Shown here: positions 37,330-47,428 of the stretch, piece by piece
How positions within the stretch are numbered: the first letter of the stretch is position 1
Layout of the letters: each line of letters begins with the position of its first letter
From: an uncultured Gammaproteobacteria bacterium
GTDB lineage: Bacteria; Patescibacteriota; Microgenomatia; 2-02-FULL-39-11
Reading direction: 5' to 3'
DNA length: 64,000 bases
Assembly (NCBI GenBank): GCA_964354025.1
Contig: CAYGXQ010000003.1
Location: 16,888 to 80,887 of the forward strand
The notes under the pieces: generated by a model
Databases searched by the model: none
What the model saw: the letters and a program-made list of their open reading frames with translations, nothing else
Told to the model about the DNA's origin: nothing
Made by a program: the position numbers and the translations under genes

Positions 37330-38078
37330 TTAGTTTTGAGGCTGGCAACCATCGTGTCCAATGTGGTAAGCGTTTCGGCGGCAGTTACCAGCGGATTGTC
37401 AGAGTAGGGTACTTCATACATGATAAAACCGTAAGTGGTCGGCTCCAGCCAATTGGTTTCTCTTTTTTGGCAAACCGCAAAGAAATTTTTTCCGGCAGAA
37501 GGGTTGGCCGTGATATCCACCCGTCGGTATATTTGACCAAAGTTTCCCTTAAACTCCGTGTAGGAATCGTAGGTAAACTCGGATATGTCAGGGAACATTT
37601 CCGAAGGCGAAAGGGGCGCGTCTTTGAAACCGCAGGGTTTTCCTTCGGTAGCCAGGTTTGTTCTGATGATTAAAGCGGAGTCGCTGCTTTCGATAGTGTT
37701 TACCGTCGTATAATTCTCTTTTTCCGTTTTCAGCTGCCAACCCGGCGGCGCCTGCAAAGAGAAGCTTAAGTCTTCGACTTTGATGTTGAAGGTTTGTTTT
37801 TGGGGCAAGCTTTCCTGTTTGACGCTTTCAGTTGGTTTGACGGTTGGCTGTAAAACGATTGTTGCGGCAATTTCCTGAGTTGGGATTGGAGTTTCTTTCT
37901 GAAGAGGAGCAGGTGTAATCGGTAATAAATCAGTTTTTGCGACAGAAAGACGGCCGAGGTAAAAACCGGCTCCGGTAAAAACAGAAACAATCAGAATCGC
38001 CAAAAATATTTTTCCTAATAAATTAAACAGTCTGTTATTTGGATTTATCGGTTTTTCCGCTTTTGGCTGGTTATCCAT
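37326..38078 (-). CDS. Hypothetical membrane-anchored protein
   Basis: TM, PT linker, and FSLQAPPGW. Confidence 0.75.
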   Translation of the reverse strand: MDNQPKAEKPINPNNRLFNLLGKIFLAILIVSVFTGAGFYLGRLSVAKTDLLPITPAPLQKETPIPTQEIAATIVLQPTVKPTESVKQESLPQKQTFNIKVEDLSFSLQAPPGWQLKTEKENYTTVNTIESSDSALIIRTNLATEGKPCGFKDAPLSPSEMFPDISEFTYDSYTEFKGNFGQIYRRVDITANPSAGKNFFAVCQKRETNWLEPTTYGFIMYEVPYSDNPLVTAAETLTTLDTMVASLKTN

Positions 38079-38235
38079 GTTATTTCCATAATAGATGAAA
38101 TAAACAGCGGCTGTAAATAGGGGATTACAACTTTATATTCTAGATTTCGTTTAGCACCTCAAATCCTTTATAACTTCCGGTAATGGCCAGACCAATAATT
38201 TTTATGATCCACTTGCCGGTGGCGGTTTTCATGTC

Positions 38236-38277
38236 GTGCATAGTACACAGTACACAATGTACTATGCACTAATGTCA
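38236..38277 (-). promoter_or_regulatory. 12-bp inverted repeat operator next to a TTGACA -35 box
   Basis: GTGCATAGTACA-N10-TGTACTATGCAC; TTGACA on the minus strand at 38272-38277. Confidence 0.6.
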
Positions 38278-38304
38278 AGAAAATAAGACTATGTATATAT
38301 TTTC

Positions 38305-39285
38305 TTAACTTACAATGTTAAACAAGTAGCCGATGAGCATTATTCCCACAATTGTAATTCCGAAAAAGGTAAGGAGAAGCGGCCACTTCATCACTTTTTT
38401 CAAAATCAAAGCCTCCGGAAGGGATAGGGTGACGGTGGCCGTCATAAAAGCCAAAGCTGTACCCATGGGGATACCTTTTCCAACCAAGGCTTCGATGACA
38501 GGAATAACGCTGACGGAATTGGCGTAAAGGGGAACGCCCAGCAAAGTGGCGATCGGGATGGTATACCAACTCCGGATGGAGAGGTATTTGATGACTAAAT
38601 TTTCCGGGATAAACCCGTGGATGAGAGCTCCCAAAGCTACACCCAGGACAACATACGGGAAAACTTTTTTGGTGATATCCATCGCCTCCGATGACCAAAG
38701 TTTAACTAAATCTTTAAACGGGACAATTTCATTTTTGTATTTACCTTCAACCTGTTTTTTTGATTTGAACTTCAAAAATTCCGGCTGGATATATTTTTCC
38801 ATTTTGAGTCTTTGGATGAGCATCCCGCCCAAAATACTGATCCCGATGCCGACAAAGTTATAAAGGAGACTGATTTTCCAACCGAAGATGGCCGGAAAAA
38901 GATAAAGCGACGCTTCATTCACCAGAGGCGAACAGATGAGAAAAGTGAAGGTCACTCCCAGGGGGATGCCGGCGGATAAAAAACCGATGAAAAGGGGAAT
39001 GGAAGAGCAGGAACAAAAAGGAGTGATTACTCCCAAGAGGGCAGCCAGCAAATATTCCAGGCCATACCAGCGCCTTTTGGTCAGGATATCCCTTACTTTT
39101 TCGATGGGGAAGAAGTAGCGGATAATGGCCATGAGACAGTTGATGAGGATAAATAAAATCCCGATTTTGATGGTATCGTAGACGAAATAGTTGACCGCCT
39201 CGGCCAAATAGGTGTCCGCGGCAATTCCCAGCCATTGGGAGGTAACAATATCAGCTAATGTTTGAACCGGAGCAAATAAATCCAT
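38305..39285 (-). CDS. ArsP/DUF318-family permease
   Basis: TPFCSCSSIP, SPLVNE, GVPLYAN and SLPE. Confidence 0.9.
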   Translation of the reverse strand: MDLFAPVQTLADIVTSQWLGIAADTYLAEAVNYFVYDTIKIGILFILINCLMAIIRYFFPIEKVRDILTKRRWYGLEYLLAALLGVITPFCSCSSIPLFIGFLSAGIPLGVTFTFLICSPLVNEASLYLFPAIFGWKISLLYNFVGIGISILGGMLIQRLKMEKYIQPEFLKFKSKKQVEGKYKNEIVPFKDLVKLWSSEAMDITKKVFPYVVLGVALGALIHGFIPENLVIKYLSIRSWYTIPIATLLGVPLYANSVSVIPVIEALVGKGIPMGTALAFMTATVTLSLPEALILKKVMKWPLLLTFFGITIVGIMLIGYLFNIVS

Positions 39286-39288
39286 AGG

Positions 39289-39546
39289 TTATTTTTCTAC
39301 CAACACTTTCTGGATTTTCTCCTTTATTTTCTCAATATCAGGCGTAAATCCGGTCATGGCAATCCGGCCGTTGACCGAAAGGACAGGACTGCTCATGGCT
39401 CCCAGTTCAATAATTTTTTGCATGCCCTTATTTCCGGTCAGATATTCGACTTGAGTTCCCAGTTTCATTTCGGAGACGGCCTTTTGGGTCAGCTCGTAAA
39501 GGTTTTTACACGTTGGACAGCCTGAACCGAGCACCTGTATTTTCAT
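39289..39546 (-). CDS. Small thioredoxin-like redox-active disulfide protein
   Basis: MKIQVLGSGCPTC. Confidence 0.88.
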   Translation of the reverse strand: MKIQVLGSGCPTCKNLYELTQKAVSEMKLGTQVEYLTGNKGMQKIIELGAMSSPVLSVNGRIAMTGFTPDIEKIKEKIQKVLVEK

Positions 39547-39848
39547 ATTTTACCCGGCCGGAGCTTTTTAATCATTGGAAATATAAATTTCGATACGCTA
39601 ACAAGAACTAAAGATACAACAAAGTAAACTGCCGAGATAAATATTGCCATAACCAAAAGAAGGCGGGGTTGTTGGGGTTTTTTGAAATAATCGATCATGA
39701 CCACTATTGGTCTGTAGTAAGTAACGTATTCTCCATTGTTATACTGTTCTCGCAGTATTGGCAAACACAAAACGAGGAAGGTAAGCAAAACATTAAGCAG
39801 CCGGGGCTTTAAAAAATCTATTCTTTTCTCTACTTTCATTATCTTCAT
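39543..39848 (-). CDS. Hypothetical membrane protein
   Basis: Two TMs; overlaps the next gene. Confidence 0.65.
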   Translation of the reverse strand: MKIMKVEKRIDFLKPRLLNVLLTFLVLCLPILREQYNNGEYVTYYRPIVVMIDYFKKPQQPRLLLVMAIFISAVYFVVSLVLVSVSKFIFPMIKKLRPGKI

Positions 39849-39987
39849 TTTACAATAATCAGTGGCTTCATGCCTTCCCTAAAGGACTTATTCTGCAACC
39901 AAATAATTGAGTTTGATTTTGATTTAAACAGCATTAAAATTCTATTTTCCGAACTTAAAATATCAATTGAAAATAATTTCACTTCTG

Positions 39988-40611
39988 CTATTTCTTTTCA
40001 CTAACAGCTTTCCATAATCGCATTATACCGTAACCAATTAGTAGACAGCCTACAATTCCATTTAAAAATTTAACTAATAAAATCGGAACCGCTTCCCTGA
40101 CAAGAGAAAATATAATTACGGAAGAGCCCATAAAAATAAATGTGGCTAAACCAGTTCCTATACCAAACAATAATAATTCTCTTTTAGAATAACCATATTC
40201 AACTGCTTTGGAGGTAATCAAACTGGTGAAGAAAACGATAGTCATTGGACTGGATATTGTTAATAAAAATACTGATGTGAAGCTTGTGATGATGCTGGAA
40301 CCCCCTGTCGTCACTGTGTTTGAAGCGTTTCCAATAATTGCTCCCTTTAGTATTAAATATCCGAATGCTGACAACACCAATGAACTGATTATCCCGAATA
40401 TCTTTTTGAACTTTTTGTGTTCAAGTAATTTTCCTATACCGAAAATTGCCAACGATATATACAGATAATCAACAGTGGTAACAGCAAATACACCCGCTAA
40501 ACCATCCAAAAATGTCTTCTGAAGTGCCAAATTAACGATAAAGAAAAAAACAGGTCCAATAGCCAATTGAAGTGTTAGTCCAGTTAATAGACCATTTTTA
40601 AGTTCTTTCAT
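39988..40611 (-). CDS. LysE-family translocator
   Basis: AIGPV, LLTISSPMTI, six TMs. Confidence 0.85.
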   Translation of the reverse strand: MKELKNGLLTGLTLQLAIGPVFFFIVNLALQKTFLDGLAGVFAVTTVDYLYISLAIFGIGKLLEHKKFKKIFGIISSLVLSAFGYLILKGAIIGNASNTVTTGGSSIITSFTSVFLLTISSPMTIVFFTSLITSKAVEYGYSKRELLLFGIGTGLATFIFMGSSVIIFSLVREAVPILLVKFLNGIVGCLLIGYGIMRLWKAVSEKK

Positions 40612-40619
40612 AAATAACT

Positions 40620-40885
40620 CTATTGCTGAGTAAGTATTGCCAGTGTAGCTTTAACAGAAGAATTATCAGTATTTATTAGCTTCACCCTGCCTTTAAAACG
40701 ATTACGAAGCGGGGTCAAAAATTCATCTGCCATGAGGGAGTCAGTACAAATACCTCAGCAAAATCAACCACCACTTCCTCATTTTCCGGAATGTCCTTGA
40801 GCACCGGTTAAAAAGCTAATAATGCTTCTTTTTCTGAAGGACGGGAAACTAAGGTAGTGCCAAATTTTTTCAACTGTATAATCAT
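40620..40885 (-). pseudogene. STAS-like (DUF4325) pseudogene with two single-base frameshifts
   Basis: Joining frames gives MIIQLKKFGTTLVSRP.../PVLKD...VVVDFAEVFVLTPSW/ADEFLTPL...NSSVKATL. Confidence 0.7.
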
Positions 40886-40969
40886 ATTACATCCTCTCTT
40901 TTATTTTAACTTATCAATCTCAACTTATACAGTCTGTAAAAGATCCTGGAAAAGAGATGGTAAAATTAG

Positions 40970-41248
40970 ATGATGGTTGCCAGATGGTCGGGGAAAGTGA
41001 CTAAAAATAGTATTGCTCTTGACCTGGAAGAGGGCGTTTTTACTTGGGATAATCCCCGTAAAATTGCCCAAAGTTTGAAACAATCAGCGCTAAACAGTAC
41101 CAGAAGAAAAACCAATTCCTTCCAATCCGCCATGAGTATGCTGATTTTTTACATCAACCGGGCCGGCAAGAATTTAAGACCCGAAAGAAGGAAAATCCTC
41201 AAGCAGGCTAAAATTGAATTGAGAAAGTTGAAAGATGACTCTTTTTAA
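40970..41248 (+). CDS. DUF3175-family protein
   Basis: WSGKVT..SIALDLEEGVF and SAMSMLIFYINRAGKNL. Confidence 0.85.
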   Translation: MMVARWSGKVTKNSIALDLEEGVFTWDNPRKIAQSLKQSALNSTRRKTNSFQSAMSMLIFYINRAGKNLRPERRKILKQAKIELRKLKDDSF

Positions 41249-41332
41249 ACAGTCTAGATAGAAAATGGTTTATACTCGTTGAGTTGAACGATTTTAGAAC
41301 TTTCAAATTTGTTTAAAATATAAAATAAAGTT

Positions 41333-41770
41333 CTAATTAATTGTAATAAACATCCTATTCAAATAACACGAATTTTCTTCTTTTTCATCATTAGGATATT
41401 TCAATAGGCATTCATTAACTATTTTTAGATCGTTGACCCTTGCTCGGTAACAAATATTAAGGTCGTGTACATATGTAGAATAAATTTTATCAACTTCTTC
41501 ACGTGCCATAAAACATGAACCATCACTCTTCATATTTAAATCACATAACCTTTTTTCAGCCTCAGCTTGTTTATTAGATACCGCACGATAACAATTATCA
41601 AAATTAGCTTCAGAAGGTTTGCTATATCTTGCTATGTATTTTGCTAAGATAGACATTCTATTGTTAAGGAAAAGCCAAACAACCAAGATGGATCCGATAA
41701 TAACAATTACCAGCACCAACAAAGTTATAAAAATAAATAATAACTTACGGATTTTAGATGGTATATTCAT
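41333..41770 (-). CDS. Hypothetical Cys-rich single-TM protein
   Basis: TM plus six Cys; TATAAT 6 nt before the ATG. Confidence 0.65.
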   Translation of the reverse strand: MNIPSKIRKLLFIFITLLVLVIVIIGSILVVWLFLNNRMSILAKYIARYSKPSEANFDNCYRAVSNKQAEAEKRLCDLNMKSDGSCFMAREEVDKIYSTYVHDLNICYRARVNDLKIVNECLLKYPNDEKEENSCYLNRMFITIN

Positions 41771-41990
41771 AAAACTATTATACCAATATCTAGAGTTAAA
41801 AATAGTGACTTGAGAAATGGTCATTATTTAGGATAACTGACTCGTCCGGCCCCGATGTGCTTATTCTTCTATGAATTCCAGCGGGTAGACTACTATTCCA
41901 TAAACGCTTCCCTACAAAGTCCTCTAGTTTCTCCAGCCGGATAGACAGCATATGAAAACAATACCACTATTTGAACGATTAGATGGTTTT

Positions 41991-42224
41991 TCATCTCTTT
42001 TTCCATCTGGGAAGTTTTGGCATCATTTCGTCGGCCATTTTTTGGGCTTCTTCTCTAGTTTTTCCCATCAGTTTCATGGCGGCTCCTATGCTTCCTTCCC
42101 TTACCTGTTCATATGTTTTCAGCGCTCCGGTTTCTTGGTCTTGGCAATAGATACAATATCTTCCATCAAACTTTGACGTTGTTTTCTCATCCAGCGGCAT
42201 TCCGCAACTTTCACATATTTTCAT
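41991..42224 (-). CDS. Zinc-ribbon protein
   Basis: CESCGMPL, YCIYC and LPRWK; GGAGGTGA SD. Confidence 0.85.
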   Translation of the reverse strand: MKICESCGMPLDEKTTSKFDGRYCIYCQDQETGALKTYEQVREGSIGAAMKLMGKTREEAQKMADEMMPKLPRWKKR

Positions 42225-42269
42225 CGTTTCACCTCCTTGTATATTATTCTAATCTTACTATTTTATCAC

Positions 42270-42296
42270 AAAAAAAGGGGCGTCACGGCACTCCTT
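42270..42296 (-). terminator. Intrinsic terminator, possibly the displaced tRNA terminator
   Basis: AAGGAGTG-CCGTGA-CGCCCCTT followed by a T-run on the minus strand. Confidence 0.55.
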
Positions 42297-42515
42297 ATTA
42301 TTTCTTTGCTTCCCCTAGTAGACATGTTCAGGAACAGGAAAGTTGAAATAGAAATCGACATTACTCAAATTAAAACAATTTACGAAAACTTTTGTTTATC
42401 ACAGTTTGCCTAATTTATTGAGTCGCTCCACCAAACGATTATCAAACAATCAAAATATCCTCCGATAAATAGATGTGGGTAATTAAGATAACAACATCGC
42501 CAATTATCCAAAAAA

Positions 42516-43994
42516 ATGTTAAAATCCAATTCAGCAATTATGTCAACGATCATGGAAAGTAAACAAGTTGAACTCGAAAATGTCGAAAATAAAACAATCT
42601 CAGGAAAGGAGCTTTCTAGCGATTTATGGGAAATAATCACTGCCTTCAGCAATGCAGACGGAGGATTAATTTCATTAGGAGTTGACCCGAAGGGTAACAG
42701 GCTTGGAGTAAACCCTGATTTCATAGACAAACTTCAAGCAGATGTGGTTACCCTTTGCGGTAGCGGTTTTAATCATCGGTTGTACCCCGGTATTAGTACC
42801 GATCAGGACAAAGTAATCAATATTTATATCCCACCAGCCCCAGCTCAATATCGCCCTATTTACTCAACTAGTAGAAATCTGCCCCGAGGAGCAAGAGTGC
42901 GTGTTGGAACATCTAATGTACAAGTCGACGATGAATGGATACGTCGCTTTGCGATTTCTGCAAGAGGAGGAGCTGAACTTATGCCTTTTAAAGAGAACTA
43001 TAAAAAATACTTCGACGAAGGTATCATCTCCAAATACTTGGATATTGTAATAAAAAAAAGAGGTCCTGTTTACACTGGGCTATCCATCGATGAAATTTTA
43101 ACAAAGTTAAGAGCAATTACTAATGAAAAAGAGATAACAATGTTCGGACTTTTAGCTTTTAGTAATGCCACAGGTCTACAAGAATTAACAGCACCTACTG
43201 TCAATATTGCAGTTACGCACTATGCGGGTACAAACAAAATTAATCCTGATGATATTGCTGAGGTTTCCTTAGATGACAGAGAATTTTCAGGGAACGTTGT
43301 AAACCAGTTCGAGGAATCATTAAAATTTATAGAATCCAAACTTCCAGCGAGAAGTAGAATTGATACGGAAGGTAAAAGAACAATCTACTTGGCAATACCA
43401 ACTTTGGCACTTAGGGAAACCTTAGCAAACGCAATTGTCCACAGAGATGACACAACTTTCAAAGGTAGAATACAAATTGATATATACAATGACAGGATTG
43501 AATTTGCTAACCCCGGACGTAGTTTAATTCCATTAGAACTGCTTGAAACCGCTCACCCAGAAACAAGAAATCCCCTACTAATGAGTTATATGAGGGACTT
43601 AAACATAACTGAACACAGAGGTAGGGGTATAAGAACAATAAAGGTTTCCCTAAAAGCTGCCGGTCTCGCAGAGCCTACTTTTGTTCACAAACATGATTGG
43701 TTTGTAGCAACAATTTTCAGCTCCGCTTTCATTAAAGACGCCGATCAAGCGTGGTTACAACAATTCCAAAATCAGAAGTTAAACGAACATCAATTTAATG
43801 CCCTCGTTCATGTTAAACATAACCCAAATGGAATCAGCAATTCTGAATACAGAAACCTAAACAATATGACAAACGTCAGAGACGACATCAGGGCTAAAAA
43901 GGAATTAGTTAAGTTAACGAAACTTGAACTATTCAACAAAGTTGGAGAAAAACGTTATCGTCGTTACATACTAAACCCAGAACTAACAGAATAA
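42516..43994 (+). CDS. AlbA_2/Schlafen + HATPase_c_4 (RecG-C-like) + wHTH protein
   Basis: ESKQVELE, AFSNADGGLISLGV, RETLANAIVHRD, EFANPG, RNPLL and EHRGRGI. Confidence 0.85.
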   Translation: MLKSNSAIMSTIMESKQVELENVENKTISGKELSSDLWEIITAFSNADGGLISLGVDPKGNRLGVNPDFIDKLQADVVTLCGSGFNHRLYPGISTDQDKVINIYIPPAPAQYRPIYSTSRNLPRGARVRVGTSNVQVDDEWIRRFAISARGGAELMPFKENYKKYFDEGIISKYLDIVIKKRGPVYTGLSIDEILTKLRAITNEKEITMFGLLAFSNATGLQELTAPTVNIAVTHYAGTNKINPDDIAEVSLDDREFSGNVVNQFEESLKFIESKLPARSRIDTEGKRTIYLAIPTLALRETLANAIVHRDDTTFKGRIQIDIYNDRIEFANPGRSLIPLELLETAHPETRNPLLMSYMRDLNITEHRGRGIRTIKVSLKAAGLAEPTFVHKHDWFVATIFSSAFIKDADQAWLQQFQNQKLNEHQFNALVHVKHNPNGISNSEYRNLNNMTNVRDDIRAKKELVKLTKLELFNKVGEKRYRRYILNPELTE

Positions 43995-43996
43995 TT

Positions 43997-44101
43997 CTAT
44001 CGACCTTTCTATCGACCCCCTTTTTATGCGTGTAATACCACCAAATGCCCTACAACGTCTTTTAGTCTTCTATCGACCTTTCTATCGACCAACTATCGAC
44101 C
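43997..44101. repeat. Five direct copies of CTATCGACC
   Basis: Copies start at 43997, 44009, 44070, 44082 and 44093. Confidence 0.85.
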
Positions 44102-44364
44102 ATATTAAAGAGTCCGATATGATGCGATAAAACCATTCGACACAATCTTAAATTATGCCGATGGTCAACTTTGGCTCGAGAAACGTAGTTTTAATATAAC
44201 CAAGCGATTCCTGCGTATTATAGAGATATTTCAGGACGCTAAGTTTGAGCAACAAAAGACTGGAGATCGAAAAAGTCAAACCCTCTCTTAATTCCTGCAT
44301 AAATTCACGAATAAATCTTGACTAATCTTATATAATCTTATATAGTCAATATATAAGAAAACAT

Positions 44365-45411
44365 ATGAATAAACTAGATTCACGATTAAAAGACATTCAG
44401 ACGGACATCTGGAAAGATATTGCTGCAATTGACGAGTTAAAAGGCAGATGGACGGCTGGTGCCCATTTTCATCCGCAGGTTTTGACCCGGCTAAAACGCT
44501 CCGTTCTAATTACTTCTACGGGAGCATCCACAAGAATAGAAGGAGCAAAATTATCCGATGAGGATATTGAGAAACTGATGAGAGGCATATCAATTGAAAA
44601 ATTTGCTGATAGGGATAAACAGGAGGTAAAAGGATATTTTGAACTGCTGCAAAATGTCTTTAATTCATGGCCAAGTCAAATTTTTAATGAAAGCGCGATT
44701 AAACACTTCCACAAAGAAATGTTGAAGTATGTGGAAAAGGATAAACAGCATAGAGGTAATTATAAAACCATGGAAAACAAGGTGCACATGATAAATGAAA
44801 AAAGCCAATCAATCGGTATTCTATTTAATACAACACCTGCTTACCTGACGCCTATTTATATGCAGGAATTGGTTGAATGGACCGTAAAAGCTTTAAAAGA
44901 AAAGTCTTATCATCCTATCCTTACAATAGGAAATTTCCTTGTTGAATTTCTGCAAATCCATCCGTTTCAGGATGGAAACGGCAGAATATCACGAATCCTG
45001 ACAAACCTTCTTTTACTTAAAGAAGGTTATTTGTATATGCCTTATGTTTCTCATGAGAAATTGATTGAGGATAATAAACCAGATTATTACCTGGCTTTGC
45101 GAAACAGCCAAAAAACATTCAAGACAAAGATTGGCCCATGGCTGCAATTCTTTGTAAAAATCTTGCTTTTACAATCACAAATTGCCGTAGATTTGCTGAC
45201 TTCTGAAACAATAGAAAAAATATTATCGCCAATACAACTAAAAGTATGGAATTATTTTCTGAAAGTAAAACAGGCAGCTCCGCTTGATATATCCAAAAAC
45301 TCCAATGTTGCTAGACCTACGGTTAATCAAGTTCTCTCTAAACTTCTAAAACTCAAGAAAATAGAGCGGATTGGGTTAGGAAGAAGCACAAGATACCGCT
45401 TGATTAAATAA
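44365..45411 (+). CDS. Fic protein (class II) with C-terminal wHTH
   Basis: STRIEG, HPFQDGNGRISR and GLGRSTRY. Confidence 0.92.
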   Translation: MNKLDSRLKDIQTDIWKDIAAIDELKGRWTAGAHFHPQVLTRLKRSVLITSTGASTRIEGAKLSDEDIEKLMRGISIEKFADRDKQEVKGYFELLQNVFNSWPSQIFNESAIKHFHKEMLKYVEKDKQHRGNYKTMENKVHMINEKSQSIGILFNTTPAYLTPIYMQELVEWTVKALKEKSYHPILTIGNFLVEFLQIHPFQDGNGRISRILTNLLLLKEGYLYMPYVSHEKLIEDNKPDYYLALRNSQKTFKTKIGPWLQFFVKILLLQSQIAVDLLTSETIEKILSPIQLKVWNYFLKVKQAAPLDISKNSNVARPTVNQVLSKLLKLKKIERIGLGRSTRYRLIK

Positions 45412-45494
45412 GAATTTGAATAAAAATTGGCTTGGTGCCTAAAATGTTAAGTTTATGTAACTGCTTAAAAATCCTATTTTAGTATAATTCAAAC

Positions 45495-46277
45495 ATGAAG
45501 CTCTTAAAATCGAGCAAGTGGAAATTAGCATTTAAGGTAACACCCTTTGTTGCCGTAATTATTCTTCTAAAACTGTTCGCCCATCAGTCAGGTTGGGAAT
45601 TTCTGACACTTAATACTCTTTTCGGGGCTATCATTTCGGCTAATGTATTTTTAGTGGGTTTCTTGATATCCGGAGTATTGGTTGACTATAAAGAGGCAGA
45701 AAAGATTCCGGGAGAGTTATCATGCAGTTTAGAAGTTTTAACCGATGAGTGCTATATCGTTTATAAAAACAAGAAAAGTAAGGCAGCCATAAACTTTATG
45801 AAAACCATTCATGATCTAACTGCATCAGTTATCAAGTGGCTGCATAAAAAAGAAAGAACGGAAACCGTGTTAAACAAAATCACTGGGTTAAACGACCACT
45901 TTTTGGCTCTTGAACCTCTGACACAAGCAAATTTTATCGTTCGCCTGAAAAACGAACAACACAATCTCAGAAGGCTTATCACGAGAATTCATACCATCAG
46001 GGAAACATCATTTAATCCGGCAGGTTATGCCATAGCTGAAATTATCTCGGTAATCTTGTGCATCGGCCTGATATTTACCAAAATAGACCCTTATTATGAA
46101 AGCGTCTTCTTTGTGGCTTTTGTTTCTTTTATCCTTATCTATATGGTGCTTCTTATCAGGGATTTGGATAATCCGTTCGGTTACTACGAAAAAGAAAATT
46201 ACGCTGACGAGGTGTCCTTAAAACCTCTATTTGATTTGGAAAAACGGATACCCCATGATTTGGATAAATTGAAGTAA
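45495..46277 (+). CDS. Membrane protein, bestrophin-like
   Basis: Four TMs; DYKEAEK and IRDLDNPF. Confidence 0.6.
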   Translation: MKLLKSSKWKLAFKVTPFVAVIILLKLFAHQSGWEFLTLNTLFGAIISANVFLVGFLISGVLVDYKEAEKIPGELSCSLEVLTDECYIVYKNKKSKAAINFMKTIHDLTASVIKWLHKKERTETVLNKITGLNDHFLALEPLTQANFIVRLKNEQHNLRRLITRIHTIRETSFNPAGYAIAEIISVILCIGLIFTKIDPYYESVFFVAFVSFILIYMVLLIRDLDNPFGYYEKENYADEVSLKPLFDLEKRIPHDLDKLK

Positions 46278-46422
46278 AACCGTTGCCAACAGCTTCGTAC
46301 AACGCTCTATAATCGCTTTAAACATGCGATTTACCAAAACCTAATGATCAGATAAAGATATTGATACGAACTGTTACTGTATAAAGCTCCCTAATTAATT
46401 TGTAAAACTACTCTCAGTAAAC

Positions 46423-46456
46423 AAACAGCCTATCGAGTTTCCCCGATAAGCTGTTT
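46423..46456. terminator. Hairpin between convergent genes
   Basis: AAACAGCCTATCG...CGATAAGCTGTTT. Confidence 0.6.
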
Positions 46457-46480
46457 AATAATCCTTAAAGAAATAAAAGA

Positions 46481-47236
46481 TTATTTCTTTTTTCCTGCAT
46501 TTTCACCAGCTTGAGAATTGGGATTAAATGGTTTCTGTAAGCCTGGAGCTGTTAAAATACCTTTACTTTCTATTCCGCTCTTATATAATTGACAGGCTTT
46601 AGAATCAAGTAATACTGTTACCTTATTATTGAAGGGATCACAATCCACCTGATCTAGTACCCCGTCATTATCTGTATCAAGACTAATTTCATTTACCGAC
46701 ACAGCATCTAAGTACATACCAAATGAATCATCTGCTCCGGTTTCGGTAAATTCAAGGCGTATAACTCCTCCGGTACCCATTCTTGTTACAGTTTCATCTT
46801 TCCAGGCACTTTCACTTGTCCATGATGCTATATGAGTACCAATAGTCTCGTCTCCCCATTTTACAACCATCTGATTGTCCGGCATGTTGTGTCTTGGTAT
46901 CCAGGAATATTTGATTTCATATTTATACCCTAGTTTGGTAGGAATATCCTGATAGATTCTAGTCGGATGATAGGAATCTAACTCGGCATGCTGATTACCT
47001 TCACGGGATATTTGATCAAAGTTGTCTTGGATTTCAAGTAACCCTGTACCATAAGGATCCGGTCTAAGATAGTCAACACTCCACCCAAGGCCTACTGTAC
47101 CAGTTGGAAAAGTATCATACATGTAAACAACGGGCGTTTCAAAACCACCATTAATAACTAGTTCGGCTGCAGAAACGTTGGTGGCAAATACGAAAACTAA
47201 CATTAAACCACCCAAAATTGATAATATTTTATTCAT
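46481..47236 (-). CDS. Secreted DUF642-like beta-sandwich protein with a Ca-binding repeat
   Basis: Signal peptide, LVINGGFETP, YLDAVSV and DTDNDGVLDQVDC. Confidence 0.7.
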   Translation of the reverse strand: MNKILSILGGLMLVFVFATNVSAAELVINGGFETPVVYMYDTFPTGTVGLGWSVDYLRPDPYGTGLLEIQDNFDQISREGNQHAELDSYHPTRIYQDIPTKLGYKYEIKYSWIPRHNMPDNQMVVKWGDETIGTHIASWTSESAWKDETVTRMGTGGVIRLEFTETGADDSFGMYLDAVSVNEISLDTDNDGVLDQVDCDPFNNKVTVLLDSKACQLYKSGIESKGILTAPGLQKPFNPNSQAGENAGKKK

Positions 47237-47428
47237 TTATTTCACCTCCTTCCTTTTTCATCCTACTTTTTGCATAAAAAAACCACGACTTTCGTTGTGG
47301 TTTATTTTTATACTGCCCTGTAATATGAATTTTTCATATACTAAAAGGCAGTAGGAATTATATTGTAAGTATAGCTTTTTATTATCAGAACGTCATGTGC
47401 ATGATTAGTGTTCCCTATTAACTAATTG

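Noticed and set aside
41901-44070. Similar CCCTACAA.GTC..TAGT motifs at about 41910 and 44047
   Set aside because: Short and degenerate with no supporting structure; could be chance.
43997-44101. Possible CRISPR array
   Set aside because: Repeats are 9 bp with 2-3 nt gaps, there are no spacers, and no cas genes occur in the window.
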